Source of the DNA: an uncultured bacterium
GTDB taxonomy: Bacteria > Verrucomicrobiota > Verrucomicrobiia > Limisphaerales > UBA8199
Direction of reading: 5' to 3'
Assembly (NCBI GenBank): GCA_963749495.1
Contig: CAVVMW010000001.1
Coordinates: 352,001 to 416,000, forward strand
DNA: 64,000 nucleotides
Shown here: in pieces, positions 32,349 to 44,061 of the stretch
How positions within the stretch are numbered: position 1 is the first letter of the stretch
How the letters are laid out: each line of letters starts with the position of its first letter
The notes under the pieces: model-generated
Told to the model about the DNA's origin: nothing
The model's input: the letters and a program-made list of their open reading frames with translations, nothing else
The model's database searches: none
Translations under genes and position numbers: made by a program

Positions 32349-33296
32349 GTGCTTGACGGGGATTCGCCAATCTGTTTTGATAAATTCATCGTGGAAACCG
32401 AGATTGCAGAAACCACCGATGCGCAAAGGCGCGCAGGCCACCGAGGAGAGCCTTGTCAAGGTAATCCTGAGTTGGTTGAAAAGCCTCTTGGATTCAATCG
32501 CAAACCATTGCTCGACGGAGCCACGAGACTCGCTTCCAACTACGGGGTCATATTGGTTTATGACCAGCACGTAATTGGGTCGGGAACACTCGTGAAAGTG
32601 GGCGAGGTCAATGGCATTTTGACAGCCCACCACGTTTCCCGCATTCCTTATCTTAAAGGATGGAATGAGTTTTCACTTTGTATCCGCACAGATGCGATTC
32701 ATCGCGTGGATGTTCAAGCACGGCAAATCGAGCATATTATTGTCGGCAATTATGAACGAAATCATTATGAATACACGGGGCCAGACCTGTCATTGATGAT
32801 GATTACAGATGCCGATTTGTTTGCAAGGCTCAGCGCCAAGAAATCATTTTATCCCTTGGACAACATATTTGATGCGTCACAGTATCCCGCCGACAAATTG
32901 CGTAGGATGCCATGGTGGGTGTCCGGGAGCCCCGAGGAATTCAGAGAATCATTGGGCATTTACAGGGGCGAGCCATTAACTAAGTTTTCGGATTTTCATG
33001 CTGACGCAGGGTTTCTTTCTCTGAGTAAAAGGAAAGGGTTTGATTACATTAGATTACAGGTTGACGCTGGTATCAACTTATTTCCGAAGAGCTATGGGGG
33101 CATGAGCGGCGGAGGCATCTGGACTCCAATGATTCAAGAGAGGCGTGACGGCTCGCAGGATGCGGTCCCAATCCTTCAAGGCGTAACGTTCTACGAAACG
33201 CGGACCCGGAAAAGGCAGAGGGTATTGATTGGCCACGGGCCATATTCGATTTACAGTACGCTGGCTCAGGCCATTAAACCAGACGCAACGGCCTAA
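32349..33296 (+). CDS. Trypsin-like serine protease, low GC
   Basis: Triad-like motifs GSGTLV..ILTAHHV, PDLSL, GGMSGGGIW; start uncertain. Confidence 0.75.
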   Translation: MLDGDSPICFDKFIVETEIAETTDAQRRAGHRGEPCQGNPELVEKPLGFNRKPLLDGATRLASNYGVILVYDQHVIGSGTLVKVGEVNGILTAHHVSRIPYLKGWNEFSLCIRTDAIHRVDVQARQIEHIIVGNYERNHYEYTGPDLSLMMITDADLFARLSAKKSFYPLDNIFDASQYPADKLRRMPWWVSGSPEEFRESLGIYRGEPLTKFSDFHADAGFLSLSKRKGFDYIRLQVDAGINLFPKSYGGMSGGGIWTPMIQERRDGSQDAVPILQGVTFYETRTRKRQRVLIGHGPYSIYSTLAQAIKPDATA

Positions 33297-33392
33297 AATG
33301 GTTTTCCGAATCGGCGGACGGTTAGCGCTTTTTCGGGCGCGTGTCAGCATTGTCGCGCCCGAAAACGGAAGGGCTGCGGTATCATCCCGGCC

Positions 33393-33506
33393 ATGCCCTT
33401 GATTGAGAAAATCGCCAGCGGAGGCCAGACGGGCGCGGACCGAGCCGCCCTCGATTGGGCGATTGAGAACGGAATTGCGCACGGTGGCTGGTGCCCGAAA
33501 GGCGGG
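33393..33506 (+). pseudogene. 5' fragment of a SLOG-family putative molybdenum-carrier (cpYpsA-like) gene
   Basis: MPLIEKIASGGQTGADRAALDWAIENGIAHGGWCPKG then similarity is lost; second short relic at 34895-34930. Confidence 0.8.
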
Positions 33507-33818
33507 TTGACGCCACGCACCACCGGCATCAAAACCCCGCCACGAGGCCCCGCACCCGAGCGCCCAAGGCCAGCAGGACTCTCAGGAGCCCCCGCGCGCA
33601 CCGCCTCCCGCAGGACGACGGCGGCGGGGCTGCTGGATTGAACATCATTTTATCCAAGGTGCTTCCAACGGCGGAACTGGCTCCTTCCACCGAGGCCAAG
33701 GGCACGATTGTTGAGTTGCTTCAGGCGCAGTATGGCGAAAACGAGAGGACTCAGCGCTGCAACGTCTTTCGTGGTTTCTGTGTGGACAATTGTGCTCCGC
33801 TCCTGATAATCGTCAGGT

Positions 33819-34895
33819 ATGACAAAAGCCAACCAAGACGGCCCGAAACCGGCAGTAGCTGCCAAAAAGTCATCCAAGCGTGGCCCAAAGAGTAATCGGC
33901 CATTCCCAACCGTAACGCTTGAAGAAGCGATAAACGTGCCTCTCGCACTGAAAGATAAGCATGGAGGCAACCCGTGGTCCCCAGACGAATTGGCGGCGGC
34001 CATGGGGGTCAGCTCCAAGCCTCCGGCATTTTTTTACCTCACTGCGGGGGCGAGGGATTATGGATTGACGGAGGGGACACGAGCCGCGAAAAAGATTTCG
34101 TTGGCCGACATCGGGAAGCGGTTCGTCTATCCAAAAGACAAGGACGCTGAACGGCAGGCGCTTCAAGACGCGTTCTTCAACGTGGCCATTTTCAAGAAGG
34201 TCTATGAGTATTACAAAGGTCCCACACTACCAGAGCTGAAATACGTGGCGAACACCCTCCAAACGGAGTTTGGGCTGCCGGCGGAGTATCATGCACAATT
34301 CATAGGCATCTTCCAAGCAAACTGCCGGTTTGTTCAGAAGGCTGGCGACATAACGCTGGAGGTTCCCGCGCCCGGCGGCAAGGCTGCTGAGAGAACAATC
34401 ACATTGGCGACGCCTAGCAAAGCAACTGGGTTGCGTGCGTTCGTGATACTGCCTTTCAGCGAAAAGAGCGGAAGTCCTTGGGCGAAGGGGTTTTTCAGTG
34501 AGGTTCTCAACACGCTGATTACACCGGCTGCTGTTGACGCAGGTTTCAAAGTGGACACCGCTCGCCGCGAAGGCAGCGACGTAATCCAAGCGACAATCGT
34601 CAACCAGTTGTTAAGCGCCGACCTTGTTATAGCCGACCTTACGGACCACAACCCGAACGTGCTTTTTGAACTGGGGTTGCGAATGTCATCTGAAAAGCCC
34701 GTTGCACTGATTCGTGCCGAAGGGACGCCACCGATTTTCGATGTGGATAATATGCTTCGGGTCTGGAGTTACAAGGCGAACCTGTGGAGATCCACGCTAC
34801 AAACTGATATCCCTGCACTTAAAGCGCACATCGAGGGCGCTTGGGAAAACCGCAAATCTGCGAAAACTTACATGGAGTTGCTGAAGGAGCATTAG
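33819..34895 (+). CDS. N-terminal winged-HTH-like domain + nucleoside 2-deoxyribosyltransferase-like domain
   Basis: C-terminal AFVILPF...ADLVIADLTDHNPNVLFELGLR; lower GC than host genes. Confidence 0.75.
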   Translation: MTKANQDGPKPAVAAKKSSKRGPKSNRPFPTVTLEEAINVPLALKDKHGGNPWSPDELAAAMGVSSKPPAFFYLTAGARDYGLTEGTRAAKKISLADIGKRFVYPKDKDAERQALQDAFFNVAIFKKVYEYYKGPTLPELKYVANTLQTEFGLPAEYHAQFIGIFQANCRFVQKAGDITLEVPAPGGKAAERTITLATPSKATGLRAFVILPFSEKSGSPWAKGFFSEVLNTLITPAAVDAGFKVDTARREGSDVIQATIVNQLLSADLVIADLTDHNPNVLFELGLRMSSEKPVALIRAEGTPPIFDVDNMLRVWSYKANLWRSTLQTDIPALKAHIEGAWENRKSAKTYMELLKEH

Positions 34896-34963
34896 GCCAC
34901 ACCGGCGCTGACGGAGCCGCCCTCGACTGGTCGGGTAACCCAGTGGCCTAGCGAAACACCTCA

Positions 34964-35482
34964 ATGCACCTTCCGGCTGAACTCACACCAACCACCTTCG
35001 AGAAAGTAAAGCTACCTATCCGCTGGCTTCGGAACATCCCCAAGTCCACACCCGTCTTCAAGAAGTGGAAGGGCATAGAAGTGGACGATAGCTATGGCAA
35101 TAAAGCGGTATTGGACTTTTACGGGAGCCCCGAGTTTGCGGAGCTTGGCATTCTGAGAATGATGGAACACGCGGGATGGTCTGGGGTCTGGGTGGACACA
35201 TACCGAAGTGCGTATAGGACGCAGTTTTGGCCACCGGATTCCGTCGCGCTGCCGCCAACTCAGGAACGACTGCTCAATCGGATTTGGGAAAAAGCCGGTT
35301 CCGCGTCAGGCTGCTTCGATGTATTCTGCTGGAAGAGCGACCAGTTCATCTTCATCGAGTCGAAGCGACACAAGAAGGACCTCATCCGTGAAACACAAAA
35401 GCGGTGGCTGCAAACGGCCATCCTCAATTGCCACATACCCCTAAACCGCTTCCTGATAGTGGAATGGACGCTTGCGGGGTAG
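34964..35482 (+). CDS. VRR-NUC-like PD-(D/E)xK nuclease
   Basis: GCFDVFCW...FIESK...DLIRETQKRWL. Confidence 0.7.
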   Translation: MHLPAELTPTTFEKVKLPIRWLRNIPKSTPVFKKWKGIEVDDSYGNKAVLDFYGSPEFAELGILRMMEHAGWSGVWVDTYRSAYRTQFWPPDSVALPPTQERLLNRIWEKAGSASGCFDVFCWKSDQFIFIESKRHKKDLIRETQKRWLQTAILNCHIPLNRFLIVEWTLAG

Positions 35483-35913
35483 CCCTAGTAGTGCCAAAAT
35501 CAATCAAGCCTCTCCCTCACACGTGGGGGTACGGGGTGTTTACGGAAGCCCGTCTGAATCGAACAGCCTGAGAAAATCCGCATCCGAGAAGGACTTCCCG
35601 AGCATTCTCAGTCTTTGGCCAGCCTCCTCCAAATCCTCGGTTTCAAGGTCAAAGCGGTGAGGGGCTACGGCCTCGAAGACGCGCTCGGCGATATTCTCAT
35701 CCGCGATGAAAATGGAGTGGGGTTGGTCCACGCCGGGTTTGGGAACGAGGACCAAGGCCAAGCGCTCGCTCTCACAAAGGACGTGCGCCCAAACGATGCG
35801 GGATTTGTGGCTCTTCCGGAAAGTTCCTGCCTGCAAATAGCTGGGGCGCCGTCATCGCGTGCGGCCCCCATCCACCTCCCGGCCGCTCCCTGGGAGTCAC
35901 CAGCGTAGCGCCT

Positions 35914-36128
35914 GCGTCGCGTAGCGACGCGCTGAAGGTAGCCGTGGACCTCGGTCCACGGTTTGGGGCGTGGGAATGGCCGGGCGTCGCGTAGCGACGC
36001 CTGAGGGCCTGGCCATGGCCAAATCGCATCAGGCTCTCAACCGTCGCTACGCGACGCAGGTGAGCTTGGGCCATGGGTCCGTGGACTGGAAGTCCACGGC
36101 TACCATCAGGCACCGCTACGCGGTGACG
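35914..36128. repeat. REP-like palindrome (gcgtcgcgtagcgacgc...gtagccgtggac)
   Basis: Repeated short palindromes with inverted arms. Confidence 0.7.
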
Positions 36129-36878
36129 CAGGCTCCCGGCGAAAACGAACATTCCGACCCCACCAGCCCCCTTCGGTTCGTCCATGTTCAGAAGGGCGAT
36201 CCCCACCATGGCGGGCAGGGGGAGCGGTCAGCACTCCCCGTCTCTGTTCCGGCGGATGGCCTCGCGGGCTCCCTCTTTCAAGTCGGCCATCTTCCGGTCT
36301 TGGCGTTCGAGCTTCCTTTTCGACTTCTGAAAATGACGTTCGGCGTTTTCGCCTCGGAGTTTTTCCATTTCCTCCGGCGGCGGCAGTCGGGCGCTTTCCG
36401 ACACTACCCCGGCCACCGACGCCAAAGGGCCCGGAGCGCCTGCTCCAGCCGGCTTTGGAGGTTCAGTGATCACAGAGCGGCAAAGCCGCAACCGCGGAAG
36501 CGATAACCGCGGAACACGCGGAATACGCGGAAAGAGAACCGGCCGGCTTCGGAATTCCGCGTATTCGGCGTGTTCCGCGGTTCATTCTTTCTGTGAGAAA
36601 TCTTCGCAACCTGCGAGCAAGTTCGACCATTGCAGTACAGGGGGCCCAAAGGGGTGCAGGTGCGCGCAAAGCCGTCCCGCACAGGGCGGAATGGCGCTCC
36701 GGGGGGGGGGGTTGGGAGCGCTCCTTTTGTGCTGCGGCGGTGACCCCTTCACGTTTCACGGTTCAGGGTTCAGGGTTCAGCGTTCAGCGTTCACGGTTCA
36801 CCCTCAGGTCCCTCCCGTCCCCTGCGTTTTCCTTTCGCGGAGCTTGCGGGGGCGGGCGGGTTTGGCTAGTGATCGGGC

Positions 36879-37987
36879 ATGGATGAGCGCGAAGCGATGG
36901 TGGCGCTGAATCTGATCGAGCACGTTGGCCCGGTGCGGGTGCGGGCGCTGCTCGAGCGATTTTGGGGACGCCCCGGCGGTGCTGCGCGCCTCGCGACAGC
37001 AGCTCCTCCAGGTCCGCAGCCTGGGCGAGGAGACTGCCCAGGCCATTGCCAACTGGGAGAAGACGATTGACCTGGACGCCGAATTGAAGCGCATCGCCGA
37101 GTTCGGGTGCCGGATTGTGACCCAGTTGGAGGCGGAGTATCCGGAGTTGCTGCGGCAGATCTATGACCCGCCGGTGGTCCTCTACGTCAAGGGCCAGTTG
37201 CTGCCCAAGGACAAGAACGCCGTGGCGATGGTGGGGTCGCGGATGACCACGCATTACGGGATCGAGGTTGCCCGCAAGCTCGGCTTCCAGCTTGCCTACC
37301 TGGGGGTGACGGTGGTCAGCGGCGGGGCGCGCGGCATCGATTCGGCGGCGCACCAGGGCGCCCTGGCCGGCAAGGGACGCACCATTGTGGTCCTGGGCAC
37401 CGGCATCAATTTGGTTATCCCTCCTGAAAACGCGAAGCTCTTCGAACAAATCGCCGAGAACGGCGCCGTCATCACCCAGTTCCCCTTTAACCGCCCCGGC
37501 GACAAACAGTCCTTCCCCATCCGCAACCGCATCGTGGCCGGCATGACGCTGGGCACCGTCGTGGTCGAGGCCAACCTCACCAGCGGCGCCCTCATCACTG
37601 CCAACTTCGCCAACGAATACGGCCGCCAGGTCTTCGCCGTCCCCGGCCGCATCGATTCGCCCCGCAGCAAAGGCTGCCACGACCTCATCAAAAAGGGCGC
37701 CAAGCTCTGCGAAGGCGCCGAGGACATCCTCAGCGAATTCGAATACCTCTTCCCGCCCAGCAACAAGCCGCCCTCGGTCGCCGAGACCGGCATCCTGCCC
37801 GCGCTGGAACTGAGCCAAAACGAGCAGATGGTCTATGACACGCTCAGCAACGAGGAGGTCAGCATAGACGACGTGATCCGCAAGAGCGGGCTGCCGGCCT
37901 TCGGCGGCATCCGTCGCGCTCTTCAGCCTCGAAATGAAACGAGTGATCCGGCAATTGCCTGGGAAAATGTTTGTACGGAACACCTGA
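36879..37987 (+). CDS. dprA: DNA-processing protein DprA (two 1-nt frameshifts near 36960 and 37900)
   Basis: YPELLRQIYDPPVVLYVKG, VGSR, VSGGARGID, FPIRNRIVAG, VEANLTSGALITA, VFAVPG; corrected tail SLEMKRVIRQLPGKMFVRNT*. Confidence 0.93.
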
Positions 37988-39050
37988 AGCTCGACAGAAG
38001 GCAGCCAAGGAAACGAAGGCGATTCCCTCTTCGTTCCCTTGGTTGCCTTCTGGTGAAGAGTTCATCCGCCACAACCTCGCTGTCCTTGAAAACATGTCCT
38101 TGACAAACGGATTGGGTTCTGTTGCACTCCCAATGCAATCGAGTTGCAATACCACGACGCCTTTGTGCCGACCGACTGGCGACCGTCCCTCTCTGCGTTC
38201 TTCGCGTCTCTGCGTTTTCTCTGCTGCCACGCCATTTGAACAGGCCCCGTTTAGTGACTGGTCTTCTTCAATTCCGCAGAGGCTGCGCAGCAGCCGTGCA
38301 GTTGGGGCAAGGCGTATTCAAACGCAGAGACACGAAGAGCGCAGAGCGGCAAAGCCGCAACAGAGGAAGGGAATTAACCACGGATGACACGGATGAACAC
38401 GGATTTCTTTCAGAGGTCAGACCAACAGCATCAGGGTATCAAGCTTCAAGTTTTGCCGGTTTTTTGACGGTTTCGGCCCAACCCCGGGGCCTCGGCGAGC
38501 GGTGGCGGGCGATGGCGGATGGCGGGGGTTGGAAACTGCACGCGAGGCAACCAGTTCGACAACGTTACATTAGCTCGGAAATGCCAAACCGGCGTGTAGG
38601 CCGCAGGTCGCTGGGGCGGGCTTGGCCTCTGTCCCGAAGGGACATCCGAGAATAGCCCGGCGTTTCAACGCCGGGTGTCCGGTACAATAGAGTCAGCCCG
38701 TCCCGAAGGGACGGTTGAATCAGCCGCATGTCATACGTCAGCCGAGCTTCAGGCGTCCCTGTCGGGACGCGGGTCTTTTTGGGCGTCGTACCCGGCGCTG
38801 AAGCGCCGGGCTATTCTCGGGATGTCCCTCCGGGACAAAGCTCGACCTCGACCCGCGTGAACAGTCACGTCACACCCGGTCCTGCACGTGAACAGTCACT
38901 GAAAAAGAACGGTCCAAAAGGCTGGCTTGACAAACGGGCGGTTTCCTAGTGCCATCACAATGCATCCGGGTTGTTGGCAACCGGCGAGCGCCAGTTCGGG
39001 GCTTGCTTCTTGTCGCGGGGCAACTCCTATGCCAAACCAGGACCCAACCT

Positions 39051-39661
39051 GTGCAAACCCGAAAGACCTCGTGGAAATGCGCCCTGGCCTGCGCCACGCT
39101 CACCATTGCGGCACACAGTTACGGCCAGATGAATCAACAGACGCTCTGGTCCTTTGGCGTCCCCGGCCAATCGGCGGGCAACCCGCAAGCGCCTCTGGTC
39201 CAGGGGACGGACGGCGCGCTCTACGGCACGACCGTTTATGGTATAGAGAGCTCGACCAATTACCCTTACCAGGTCAACGGGAATGGGACCGTGTTCAAAG
39301 TCAATCCCGATGGGACGGGCTTGTCGATCCTGCACTATTTTAGCCGTTGGGGGTCCTACGGCTACGGACAGTCTCCCGCGGGCGGGCTGCTCCTGGGCAG
39401 TGACGGGCTGCTCTACGGAACGACCCGGGACGCTGGCGAGATTGACCTGCCTGGCACGGTGTTCAGAGTCAATCCGGACGGGACCGGCTTTACCTGTGGT
39501 TTTACGGCTCAACGGGCCGGTGGTTCCGGGTCCTGGCCAGCACCACGCTGACCAATTGGATTCCCATTGCCACCAACCAGTTCGGCCCGGATGGGACCTG
39601 GAGCCTGCACGTCGAGCCTGACGGTGAGCCGTGGCGGTTCTTCCGTGCCGTGGCGCCCTGA
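39051..39661 (+). pseudogene. Shortened secreted GloVer-type repeat protein with C-terminal sorting-like domain; frameshift near 39512
   Basis: Signal peptide, two repeats LVQGTDGALYGTT..GTVFKVNPDGTG, shifted tail ASTTLTNWIPIATN...WRFFRAVAP*. Confidence 0.7.
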
Positions 39662-39674
39662 GCCTCGGGCCAGG

Positions 39675-39818
39675 AAGCTCTTCGAGCAAATCGGCATCGA
39701 CAACGTCATCCGCAAGAGCGGCCTGCCCGCCTCGGCCGTGTCAGTCGCGCTTCTGAGCCTCGAGATGAAGCGGCTGATCAGGCAATTGCCGGGAAAAATG
39801 TGCGTCAGGAACAATTGA
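39675..39818 (+). pseudogene. dprA: Internally deleted 3' copy of dprA
   Basis: KLFEQI (matches ~37435) fused to IDNVIRKSGLPASAVSVALLSLEMKRLIRQLPGKMCVRNN*. Confidence 0.9.
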
Positions 39819-39863
39819 CCAGTTTTAATTGCGAGCCTGAGGTCGGGATTCTATTCTGGAGGC

Positions 39864-40214
39864 GTGCCAACCGTTATTGGCTATGTGCAGACACCGCCGC
39901 TCATTTCCGAGGTGCTGGTCACAGACGACCTTCTAGGCTTCCATTTACAAGATGGCCGGTTCATCGGCGTGCCGCTTGGGTTCTATCCGACGCTCGCCTT
40001 GGCAACCGCGGAGGAACGAAGCCGCTTTGAGCTAAACGGTTCATCGGTCTATTGGCCGGACCTGGATGCGGACATCGGGGTCGAAGGCCTTTTGGCGGGG
40101 GCGCGGGAACATCACTTTTACGCGCGCAAGGCTGTCGAGCGCGCCGTTCGCTTGGGTCGTCTGCCCAAGACGGCTCTGGAAAACAATCCCCCTGGTCCAC
40201 TCCAGCCCGTCTGA
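39864..40214 (+). CDS. DUF2442 domain protein (putative antitoxin-like, no partner seen)
   Basis: LQDGRFIGVPLGFYPTLALATAEERSRFEL...YWPDLDADIGVEGLL. Confidence 0.82.
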   Translation: MPTVIGYVQTPPLISEVLVTDDLLGFHLQDGRFIGVPLGFYPTLALATAEERSRFELNGSSVYWPDLDADIGVEGLLAGAREHHFYARKAVERAVRLGRLPKTALENNPPGPLQPV

Positions 40215-40331
40215 GACGTGTGCCAGCCGCTTTGGAAACAAAAGAGTGGAGGGACGAAGCGCTCATGGCGTTGCCCCGCGATGGTCGGAAATATGTAAGG
40301 ACTGGTGAGGAAAAGACTTTTCAGGACAATT

Positions 40332-41532
40332 ATGAAAATGAAACATTCCATTGTTTTATTGACCATGCTGCTCTGGCTGGTTGCAATGCCGGGCGTCTTG
40401 GGGGCCGATGAAACCGTTTCCCCTTACTCAAGATGGACGCACGGGCCTTCCGCCGATCCGGCCTTTTTCCCGATAGCGGTCTGGCTGCAGTCTCCGGCCA
40501 ATGCGGCGCGCTATCGCCAGGCGGGCATCAATACCTATGTTGCTTTGTGGAGAGGCCCCACGGAAGAGCAGTTGGCGGAACTCAAGAACGCCGGGCATGC
40601 GGTTGATCTGTGCGCAGAACACAGTCGCGCGGCGCCATCTGGACGATCCGACGATCATCGGCTGGATGCACGGCGATGAACCGGACAACGCCCAGGAAAA
40701 GGCCGGCGGCGGCTACGGACCGCCGATCGCGCCCGAGAAAATCGTCGCCGATTACCAGCGAATCCGGACCACCGATCCCTCGCGCCCGGTGATGCTCAAC
40801 CTGGGACAGGGTGTCGCCTGGGATGGCTATTATGGCCGGGGAAGCCGCAGCAATCATCCGGAAGACTACCCCAAATATATCGAGGGCAGCGACATCGCCT
40901 CGTTCGACATCTACCCCGCCGTCCACGACAATCCACAAGTGGCAGGGCGGTTGTGGTTCGTGGGGCAAGGCGTCGAGCGCCTGGTGCGATGGTGCGGCCC
41001 GAACCGCATCGCGTGGAACTGTCTCGAATGCACGCAGATTGGCAATCCCACCCGCAAGCCCACACCGCGAGAGGTCCGCTGCGAGGCCTGGATGTCCCTC
41101 ATCCACGGCTCACGCGGGTTGATCTATTTCGTCCATCAATTCAAGCCGAACTTCCGCGAGGCCGCGCTGCTGGACGATGCCGAGATGCTCGAGGCGGTAA
41201 CTGCCCTCAACGGCCAAATCGCCCGCCTGGCACCGGTCTTGAACAGCCCGCCGTTGGAGAATGCCGCCAGCGTGACCTCGTCCGAAGCGTCGGCGCCGGT
41301 CGCCTTCACCGTCCGGCGCCACCAAGGCAAGCTCTACCTGTTCGCCGTCGGAATGCGCGGTTCCGCCACGAGCGCCACTTTCACTCTCAAAGGATTCGAG
41401 GGCCAGAAAAGTGTGGAAGCCATTGATGAGGGGCGGTCCGTGACCGCGCTGGACGGGCGATTCCAGGACCACTTCGACCCCTGGCAGGTGCATCTGTACC
41501 GAGTCCTGGTGCCGGATCGCCAGCCACAATAG
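40332..41532 (+). CDS. Secreted glycoside hydrolase-like TIM-barrel protein (frameshift near 40594)
   Basis: Signal peptide, FFPIAVWLQ, GWMHGDEPDNAQ, SFDIYP; an extra G in gccgggcatg joins the two ORFs. Confidence 0.72.
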
Positions 41533-42089
41533 TGGCCAACACCAGGACCCCTTTACGCCGACCGACTGGCCGAGGAGGAGAAGAACCGCGGAATACACGG
41601 AATACACGGAATCCTGAAGCGGCGCGATTTCCTTTCCGTGTAATCCGTGTGTTCCGTGTTCCGTGGTTGACTTGCCGTTTCACCCACAAACAAAAGGGTC
41701 TGACAGCGGGGCCGCCGCTCAGCCTCGTGGGCGGCAACCTGGCCACGGCGCCGGCCAGCAGCACGGTTGACGGCTACCTGACGAACTCAGCTCATCCAGC
41801 ACATCAATAGACTGATCGGGCAATTCAACGTCGCGTCGGCGGCCCTACGTTCCTTTGGTGTCATTGCCCAATAGGGTTGCCACCCCCAGTCGGAATCACC
41901 CTGTTTGCGAATCACTGCCCCCTGGCCGCACTGACAGGCTCGTCAAATCAACATTCCCTAATTGACATCCTCGCCCGCCCCACCAGACTCCCTTCTGAAG
42001 TGAGCAGGCTGTTCTCCATTGTTGCAGCCAAGGCTGGCAAGGGGTCTCAGCCTCTCGAAACCTAAACTACCGCTAACACAAAGCGAACC

Positions 42090-42892
42090 ATGAAAACGAT
42101 AAACGATATTGGCCTGGAGAACGTCCAGGCCGTCTATAGCGGCCCGGAGGGCGACCTCTGGGAACTGGTGATGGGCGAGCAGATCCATATCGGCGGCTTC
42201 CAATCCTCGATGGACTTGGCCCAACGCGCCGGCATCGGGGCCGGCCTGCACGGAGTGGACTTCTGCTGCTGTAATGGCGCCGGCATGCGGTTCCTGGTGA
42301 AATTCCGCGGTGTGGCCTCGATGCGTGGCGTGGATGCCACTGAAAAGGTTGTCGAGCGGGGCCGCCAGCGCTGCCAGGCCCTGGGCTTAGCCGACAAAAT
42401 CTCTTTCACCCTCGCCGATGTCTGTGCCACGGGCCTGCCCGGCGAAGGCGTGGACTTTGTGTGGGGTGAGGATGCCTGGTGCTACGTCGTGGACAAACCC
42501 AGGCTGATCGCGGAAGCCGCCCGACTGGTGAAGCCCGGAGGCGTGATCGCCTTCACCGATTGGGTTGAGGGGCCGGCCTGTCGGCGCAAGAGGCCGAACG
42601 CTTCCTCAAATTCATGAAGTTCCCCAGCATTCAGGACCTGAACGGCTACCCGGCGCTCCTGAAAACCAACGGTTGCCAGGTGCAAGTGGCCGAGGACACT
42701 GCCCGTTTCGCTCCCTACGTGGACCTCTACCTGGACATGCTCAACAAGCAACTCACCTATGACGCGTTGCAGATCATCGGGTTTGATCTCGAGCTCATGC
42801 AGGCGCTGGCCAAAGAGATGGTGTTCATGCAACAACTGGCCCGCGAAGGCAAGATCGCTCAGGGCATCTTCATCGCCATGAAGAACCGCTGA
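42090..42892 (+). CDS. Class I SAM-dependent methyltransferase (frameshift near 42578)
   Basis: GEQIHIGG, VDFCCCNGAG, GVD, AARLVKPGGVIAFTDW; continues in the frame of 42614-42892. Confidence 0.85.
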
Positions 42893-43065
42893 GTGCTGAC
42901 ATGCCGAAGTAACCGTAGCAGCCGACGTAAGGAGTCTCGCTACCCGGCGCAGAGCCTCTTTACGCCGGCTGCTACGGTGAAAGGCAAAACGCCGGCCCTG
43001 CGTTCGGGATACGTTTGGACGCGCGGTCCGGCGGCGCGAACATGGCGTTCGCGTGGAAATAATTT

Positions 43066-43302
43066 ATGAACTGCCTCGCCTTGCTCGATGTGGGCGGCGG
43101 CCAGATATTGCTTATCCTGGCACTCGTCCTCATTTTCATGGGCGCCAAGCGGATCCCCGAGGACATCAAAGGCATGCGTGAGGGGATGGATGAATTCAGG
43201 AAAGTAACGCGCGAACTCACGGAAGCCCAGGACGGCGAGCATCCGGGAAGCGGAACGGGGCATCCCTTCCTAATGGGGGGTGAAGCCGCCCTTTTCTTTT
43301 AG
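43066..43302 (+). CDS. TatA/E-like small protein, possibly degenerate
   Basis: GGQILLILALVLIFMGAKRIPE..KGMREGMDEFRK. Confidence 0.65.
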   Translation: MNCLALLDVGGGQILLILALVLIFMGAKRIPEDIKGMREGMDEFRKVTRELTEAQDGEHPGSGTGHPFLMGGEAALFF

Positions 43303-43436
43303 ATGCTCATCATTGCGTATTACTAATTCATGGCTGGCCCGGTCATCATCGGTGCCTGACGAGCAATTTGACCTGGCGTGACCTTGACCGGTTGATTTGC
43401 GGGTATGGCGGCCGATGGATGCGAATCGAGGTTGTC

Positions 43437-43792
43437 GCAAAAGCACTGGCCAACTTCACCATGGCCTTCCGCACCTCCCGCAGAGCGTCTCCGAACTTGC
43501 TCTCCAGATATCGTTCAACGCCTTCAGGTTCGATGGGCTTGGATTTCATCACCGCACGCACGCCCTCCTCATTATTCACGACCGGCACTGCTCGTCCCAG
43601 AAGCTCGACCTGGAATTCCTCGCCATGTTCACGCTCACGGACCTTCTCCACGTCTTTCGGGCTGGGCTTGAAAATCCCCAGGCGCCGTCCCTTGCTCTGC
43701 GCATTCAGGCCGGCCACGGCCTTTCCGAGAGATCACGCTTCGTCCGGATTGAACCCCAGCCTTTGCGCCACAACCGCTGCCCAAAGCGTGTG
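43437..43792 (-). pseudogene. N-terminal part of conserved hypothetical gene X (in-frame TGA near 43735)
   Basis: TLWAAVVAQRLGFNPDEA*SLGKAVAGLNAQSKGRRLGIFKP...YLESKFGDALREVRKAMVKLASAF. Confidence 0.72.
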
Positions 43793-44061
43793 AATTGGGA
43801 GGCTCTCCCAGCCGGTGGCGCGTGTCACGAGCGGCGACAGGGCTCTTGGCGCAACCCGGCCCGAGCGCAGGGTCCTGAAAAAACTTGCTTATTAGTAAAA
43901 TGAGGGTATCTTGTCAAGATGAATGGTTTTGACGAGCTGACGCTCTTTGCCGAGAAAAGATGCACTAATGGGTCGACCTTGAAGCAGTGATGCCACAAGC
44001 CTTGGCGGCAACCAGTCGCAAGCCAAAACTTCCTTAAAAAGCGCAGAAAGGTGGATTGAGA

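Noticed and set aside
35540..36491. Short minus-strand ORFs around the REP element
   Set aside because: No recognisable motifs or clear starts; possibly gene debris
38120..38150. CIRCE or LacI-type operator (ttgcactc...gagttgcaa)
   Set aside because: Spacing and sequence deviate from consensus and no gene follows
42005..42054. SAM/SAH riboswitch upstream of the methyltransferase
   Set aside because: Only one hairpin (aggctg...cagcct); I could not match riboswitch consensus motifs
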